Positions 59,465 to 64,000 of a stretch of DNA of 64,000 nucleotides are shown here, piece by piece. The notes under the pieces are model-generated. The model ran no database searches, had not been told where the DNA came from, and saw only the letters and a program-made list of their open reading frames with translations. This DNA comes from an uncultured candidatus Porisulfidus sp. (GTDB lineage: Bacteria; Pseudomonadota; Gammaproteobacteria; Poriferisulfidales; Poriferisulfidaceae). Positions within the stretch are counted from its first letter, which is position 1; each line of letters opens with the position of its first letter. A program made the position numbers and the translations under genes. The stretch spans positions 288,001-352,000 of the forward strand of contig OZ241993.1 of assembly GCA_965204575.1 (NCBI GenBank), read 5' to 3'.

Positions 59465-59908
59465 ATGGCTTCCTTTAGCGCGAGAGTCGTAGACAACCAA
59501 ATCATCCTGAAAGCGAATATTTCGATTCCAGGAGACACCTTTGATCCCCAAAAAACGTATGATTCTTTATTGGACACAGGAGCACAGCGCTCGCTAATTA
59601 GCCAGAAAGTCGTAGATGATGTCGGTCTGGACGCCATTGGAGATGCTTACATAACCCCTGTCAATGGTACGCCCATCCGCTCACTTCGATATCGAATACG
59701 GATTGATATCCCAATTACCACGGTTCAAGCAACAGAGGATGGTAGGCAGCAGGAAATGGAAACTTCCGTTCGGGGAGTAAATAATATTGAAGCCGTTTTA
59801 TTCCCTGACCAGTACCAACCCGCCAATCACGATGTGCTTTTGGGAATGGATTTTTTGAGTGCTCTCCATTTCACGATGTTTAGGGGTCATTTCATCATTA
59901 GTATCTAA
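59465..59908 (+). CDS. retropepsin-like (clan AA) aspartyl protease
   Basis: LLDTGAQRSLIS catalytic DTG motif and C-terminal DVLLGMDFL. Confidence 0.85.
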   Translation: MASFSARVVDNQIILKANISIPGDTFDPQKTYDSLLDTGAQRSLISQKVVDDVGLDAIGDAYITPVNGTPIRSLRYRIRIDIPITTVQATEDGRQQEMETSVRGVNNIEAVLFPDQYQPANHDVLLGMDFLSALHFTMFRGHFIISI

Positions 59909-59990
59909 TCTCACCCGCCGCCCCCAAACCCTCTCCCTAGTTCCTCAACTAATCAATTCCCACAGAAGAACGTCTACTCCGCCTTGCGCG

Positions 59991-60024
59991 CTGTCATATG
60001 CGTGTTACAAAATTTGGCTTTAAT
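59991..60024 (+). promoter_or_regulatory. Pho box and -10 of pstS
   Basis: CTGTCAT-ATGC-GTGTTAC (11-bp period, 59991-60008), then 10 bp, then TTTAAT (60019-60024): canonical PhoB promoter geometry. Confidence 0.75.
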
Positions 60025-60082
60025 TCGCGACACCAAGGGGACACTCCCACCCAATCAACTCGAACGCAAAGAGGTTTAACGA

Positions 60083-61108
60083 ATGAAATTCCGCATTTCC
60101 GCGGTTGTCCTGCTTGCGCTTGCCGCTTCGGCAGCCCAGGCCCGCGACCAAATCAACATAGTGGGCTCCTCCACTGTCTATCCTTTCGCCACCGTCGTGG
60201 CCGAAAAGTTTGGTAAATCCACCACTTTCAAGACCCCGAAGATTGAATCCACGGGGTCCGGCGGCGGCCTGAAGCTGTTCTGTTCCGGTGTCGGTGTCAA
60301 CACTCCGGACATCACGAACTCTTCGCGCAAGATCAAGAACGGGGAAGTCGAGAACTGCTCCAAAAACGGTGTCGGCGACGTCACGGAAGCCAAGATCGGC
60401 TACGACGGCATCGTCCTCGCCAACTCCAAGGCGACGGCCCCGATGGAACTGACCCGCCGCGACGTCTTCCTGGCCCTGGCCCGGGAAGTCCCGGACCCGG
60501 GTGGCGCGGAATCCTTTGTGGCCAACCCGTACACCACCTGGAAGGAAGTCAACCCGGCGCTGCCCGATCTCAAGATCGAAGTGCTCGGCCCGCCTCCGAC
60601 CTCCGGCACCCGGGACGCTTTCGCCGAGCTCGCCCTAGAAGGCGGATGCAAGACCTTCGCCTGGATCAAGGCCATGAAGAAGAAGGACAAGAAGATGTAC
60701 AAGTCCTATTGCCATTCCGTGCGTGAGGACGGCCACTACATCGAAGCCGGCGAGAACGATAATCTCATCGTGCAGAAACTGACCGCCAACCCCAGTGCGC
60801 TGGGTGTCTTCGGGTTCAGCTTCCTGGATCAGAATTCCGACAAGGTTCAGGGCTCGGTCATGGACGGCGTCGCGCCGACGTTTGACGCTATTGCCGATGG
60901 CAGCTACCCGGTCTCGCGGCCGCTGTACTTCTACATCAAGAACGCCCATCTGGATGTCATCCCCGGCATTCGGGAGTTCGTCGCTGAATTCATGAGCGAC
61001 AAGGCTAGCGGTTCAGAGGGTTACCTGACTGAAAAGGGCATGATCCCGATGTCCGCCGAAGAGCGTGGCAATTCGGTGCCCCAGATCACCTCGTTCACTC
61101 CGCTCTAA
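60083..61108 (+). CDS. pstS: phosphate ABC transporter substrate-binding protein
   Basis: Signal peptide; GSSTVYPF, ESTGSGGG, PPPTSGTRD and YPVSRPLYFY motifs. Confidence 0.94.
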   Translation: MKFRISAVVLLALAASAAQARDQINIVGSSTVYPFATVVAEKFGKSTTFKTPKIESTGSGGGLKLFCSGVGVNTPDITNSSRKIKNGEVENCSKNGVGDVTEAKIGYDGIVLANSKATAPMELTRRDVFLALAREVPDPGGAESFVANPYTTWKEVNPALPDLKIEVLGPPPTSGTRDAFAELALEGGCKTFAWIKAMKKKDKKMYKSYCHSVREDGHYIEAGENDNLIVQKLTANPSALGVFGFSFLDQNSDKVQGSVMDGVAPTFDAIADGSYPVSRPLYFYIKNAHLDVIPGIREFVAEFMSDKASGSEGYLTEKGMIPMSAEERGNSVPQITSFTPL

Positions 61109-61130
61109 GCAGAAACTTCCAGAGTTCTGC

Positions 61131-61160
61131 AAAGAGGGCCGCGAATGCGGCCCTCTTTTT
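61131..61160 (+). terminator. Rho-independent terminator after pstS
   Basis: AAAGAGGGCCGC-GAAT-GCGGCCCTCTTTTT. Confidence 0.9.
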
Positions 61161-61448
61161 GTCATAAGTGACTTGATATCACGCGGGCTACAACTCCAAT
61201 TTCGACAGGCTTAAATGTTTAACCAAGGGCAACAATACACCTGATTTTCTCCCATCAGTATTAGAAATCAATTTGAAAGGAAAAGATACTAAACCCGGAT
61301 CACAGAAATAACGGCTAGAAATTTAACGTAAAACAAATTCATTAAAAAATTTGGAGTGGGGACCCAGAATAGAATGCTTTTCATTGCACTGCGTCCAGTA
61401 GTCATTCATCTTTATACTAGATTCCTTATCTCTATGCTATAGGATGGA

Positions 61449-62567
61449 ATGATGACACCAGTCTACTATCACGTGGATCAATTCCCACCCGACAAACTCA
61501 TTGATTGGTCGAGATTGATCCCTCTAATTGGCCCAGCTGCTGCTGCAATTGCGCGGTACGACGGGATGCTTGCAGCAATTCCAGACCCTAACGTCCTTCT
61601 TACCCCTCTTACTACACGCGAAGCAGTGCTCTCTTCTCGCATTGAAGGCACACAAGCCACTATAGGAGAAGTATTGGAATTCGAGGCTGGACAAATGCCA
61701 GACTCTCCTACACGCTATGACGACATCCACGAAATTCTAAATTACCGTGCTGCCATAAGGGAAGCAGAAAAAATGTTGGCGCAATTACCGCTATCTCAAC
61801 GAGTTATACGAAAAGCACACTCAACGTTGTTGTCTGGAGTACGTGGTGCCGGCAAATCGCCTGGAGAATACCGAAAAATTCCTAATTGGATTGGGCCTCC
61901 CGGTTGCCCTATTGAGCAGGCTAAGTTTGTTCCAATTGAGGCAAATAAACTTCCAAGTGCGATAAGTGCTTGGGAGAACTATATCCATCAGGACAGCCCT
62001 GACCGATTAGTCCAACTCGCTATTTTGCACGCCGAATTCGAAGCGTTACATCCATTCCTAGATGGCAATGGTCGCCTAGGACGCATGATGGTGCCTTTGT
62101 TCCTCTGGCAACATAATCTCATTAGGGCGCCCATGTTTTATATTAGTGCTTACTTTGAGGCTCGTCGCGATGAATATTATGAGGCTCTGCTTGCTGTCTC
62201 ACGTGATGACAATTGGACTGGATGGTGTGTATTTTTCTTGGAGGCAGTCAAAGCACAAGCCGAAGAAAATCTCACCAAAACCCAAGGTATCATTGACCTC
62301 TACAGCAACATGAAAACCCGCATGGCGGATCTGACTCGCTCTCGCTATGCCATTCATGCCCTAGACTGGATTTTTGAGCATCCCATCTTCAAAAGTACCG
62401 ATTTCATTACCACGGCTGGCATTCCAGAACAAACGGCAAAACGAATTTTGAGAATTTTGCTTACCGGAGAAATTCTGAAGAATGTTATTGGCAACCAAGG
62501 TCGCCGAGCTAGAATACTTTCATTTCCTCAACTCTTGAATGTGACAGAAGGTGGCGAAGTATTTTAA
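61449..62567 (+). CDS. Fic-family protein (Fic/DOC N-terminal domain, class II-like)
   Basis: HPFLDGNGRLGR catalytic motif; N-terminal SSRIEG inhibitory motif; C-terminal HTH-like region; AT-richer than flanks. Confidence 0.92.
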   Translation: MMTPVYYHVDQFPPDKLIDWSRLIPLIGPAAAAIARYDGMLAAIPDPNVLLTPLTTREAVLSSRIEGTQATIGEVLEFEAGQMPDSPTRYDDIHEILNYRAAIREAEKMLAQLPLSQRVIRKAHSTLLSGVRGAGKSPGEYRKIPNWIGPPGCPIEQAKFVPIEANKLPSAISAWENYIHQDSPDRLVQLAILHAEFEALHPFLDGNGRLGRMMVPLFLWQHNLIRAPMFYISAYFEARRDEYYEALLAVSRDDNWTGWCVFFLEAVKAQAEENLTKTQGIIDLYSNMKTRMADLTRSRYAIHALDWIFEHPIFKSTDFITTAGIPEQTAKRILRILLTGEILKNVIGNQGRRARILSFPQLLNVTEGGEVF

Positions 62568-62568
62568 T

Positions 62569-62766
62569 GATTGCCGATACGTGGAAAAGTTTCAAGCGAT
62601 TGATTATTCTTAGAAAAATGATTTTATTAGAAATCTCAACGATCACTTATGATCCACAAAACATTTTGTCGGTCACTTTTTATGAAAAAATGATCCATTT
62701 AGACGTATTGGCGATCACCGATGATCCGCAAAACATTTTATAGGTCACTTTCCGGCAAAAATGATC
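62569..62766. repeat. about three degenerate 72-bp tandem repeats between fic and glnE
   Basis: Units start at 62569, 62641 and 62713: gatcacttatgatccacaaaacattttgtcggtcacttt... vs gatcaccgatgatccgcaaaacattttataggtcacttt...; aaaaatgat recurs at roughly 72-nt spacing. Confidence 0.75.
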
Positions 62767-62776
62767 GCCTAGGTCT

Positions 62777-64000
62777 ATGAAACCCGCCCCCATCCCAAGT
62801 TGCTTAAGAAAGGAAGCGGAATCAGTCTTGGAGGAAATCCGGCCTGCCCTGGATGGCGAAATACTGGACGCGAATCAACCGGCCCTGCTTAACCTGTTTG
62901 CCGCCAGTCCGTTTGCGGCCCGTCTTGCACGGGCCTACCCGGACCTGCTGGAATCCGCCCTGCGTGACCCGGTTGCCAAGGAACTGGAACTGCCCGACCC
63001 CGAAACTGCGGAAGATGCGGACTTCGCGCGTATCCTGCGCCAGGCCCGAGCCCGGGAAATGCTCCGCATCATGTTCCGGGACATCAACGGGCTGGTGGAA
63101 CTGCCGGATACCTTGCACGACCTGACCGCTTTCGCGGACCGGGCCGTGATGGGGGCTGCCCACTGGCACCGCTCCCGAATGAAAGAACCCAGCCCGACCG
63201 ACGAGAGCGGTGAGCCCGTGCCGTTCGTGGTGCTCGGCATGGGCAAGCTTGGCGGGATGGAACTCAATTTTTCTTCCGACATCGACCTGATCTTCACCTA
63301 CCCGGACCCCGCCTCGGACCGGGAAGAGGCACAATCCTATTTCATCCGGCTGGGGCAGAAAACGATCAAGGCGCTGGACGATGTCACCGCCGACGGCTTC
63401 GTCTTCCGGGTCGACATGAGGTTGCGCCCGTTCGGCTCGACCGGCAGCCTGGCACTGCCGTTCTCCTCCATGGAGGGCTACTATCAGAACCACGGGCGCG
63501 AATGGGAACGTTATGCGCTGATCAAGGCGCGGCCGCTGGGCGCGCCCACCGCTGCCGGGGCAGAACTGACTGAGCTGCTTCGTCCTTTCATCTTTCGACG
63601 CTCCCTGGACTTCCACGTGCTGGAAGAATTGCGCACCATGAAGGCAAAGATGGCACACCATGCTCGGCAGGAGACGCTGGAAGACGACCTCAAGCACGGT
63701 CCCGGCGGAATTCGCGAGGCGGAATTCATTCTGCAGAGCGCACAGTTGATCTTTGGCGGGCGGGAGCCGGTTCTCCAACAAACTTCGTGGATACGGGCGT
63801 TGGAGGCCATGGTCCGGTGCGGGAAGCTGACCGACAGCGATAAGCAGTTGTTGTTCGAGGCGTATTCTTTTCTCCGCACCGTGGAGAATCGCCTGCAGAT
63901 GGTCGACGACCAGCAGACGCACACCCTGCCGCAGAATGAGACAGCGCGGGACCGGCTGCAGTTCCCAATGGGCTACTCGGACTGGCAGGAGTTTGTGGAC
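62777..64000 (+). CDS. glnE: glutamine synthetase adenylyltransferase (5' part, runs off the window)
   Basis: Frame from ATG 62777 (absent from the ORF track because it has no stop): GMGKLGGMELNFSSDIDLIF, GFVFRVDMRLRPFG, GREWERYALIKAR, LKHGPGGIRE. Confidence 0.95.
   Translation, partial: MKPAPIPSCLRKEAESVLEEIRPALDGEILDANQPALLNLFAASPFAARLARAYPDLLESALRDPVAKELELPDPETAEDADFARILRQARAREMLRIMFRDINGLVELPDTLHDLTAFADRAVMGAAHWHRSRMKEPSPTDESGEPVPFVVLGMGKLGGMELNFSSDIDLIFTYPDPASDREEAQSYFIRLGQKTIKALDDVTADGFVFRVDMRLRPFGSTGSLALPFSSMEGYYQNHGREWERYALIKARPLGAPTAAGAELTELLRPFIFRRSLDFHVLEELRTMKAKMAHHARQETLEDDLKHGPGGIREAEFILQSAQLIFGGREPVLQQTSWIRALEAMVRCGKLTDSDKQLLFEAYSFLRTVENRLQMVDDQQTHTLPQNETARDRLQFPMGYSDWQEFVD

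Noticed and set aside
62822-63922. 366-aa minus-strand ORF at the window end
   Set aside because: Antisense to glnE, whose plus-strand frame has the diagnostic motifs

Overview
This window is a GC-rich chromosomal segment of a gammaproteobacterium. The core backbone is def-fmt-DUF4390-ntrY/ntrX-trkAH, lpxL, pip, tRNA-Phe, hspQ, yrfG, cysQ, aroQ-accBC, cutA-dsbD, rph-rdgB-hemW-rpmE, parEC-htpX, dnaX-recR, aroC, pstS and the 5' part of glnE. Accessory DNA is dense and includes at least seven toxin-antitoxin or Fic modules (two of them decaying), a Slam-type exporter, a Calx-beta/cadherin-like autotransporter with a C16 tract in its first codons, and a 1264-bp internally deleted IS1380-like element with perfect TIRs and a target-site duplication. 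Two loci stand out. (1) An fwdD-fwdB-fwdA-ftr-fwdC operon whose B subunit keeps the [4Fe-4S] and Mo/W-pterin catalytic motifs lost in the classical methylotroph Fhc; it is followed directly by a ferredoxin and a ferredoxin-NADP+ reductase, suggesting a redox-active bacterial formylmethanofuran dehydrogenase wired to NADP(H). (2) A ComF-like PRTase paired with a SLOG/DprA-like protein fused to an addiction-antidote HTH, with an operator-like palindrome inside its promoter, which is a candidate autoregulated defence/TA system. All calls come from manual motif recognition; no database searches were run, and start codons adjusted from the ORF track are best estimates.
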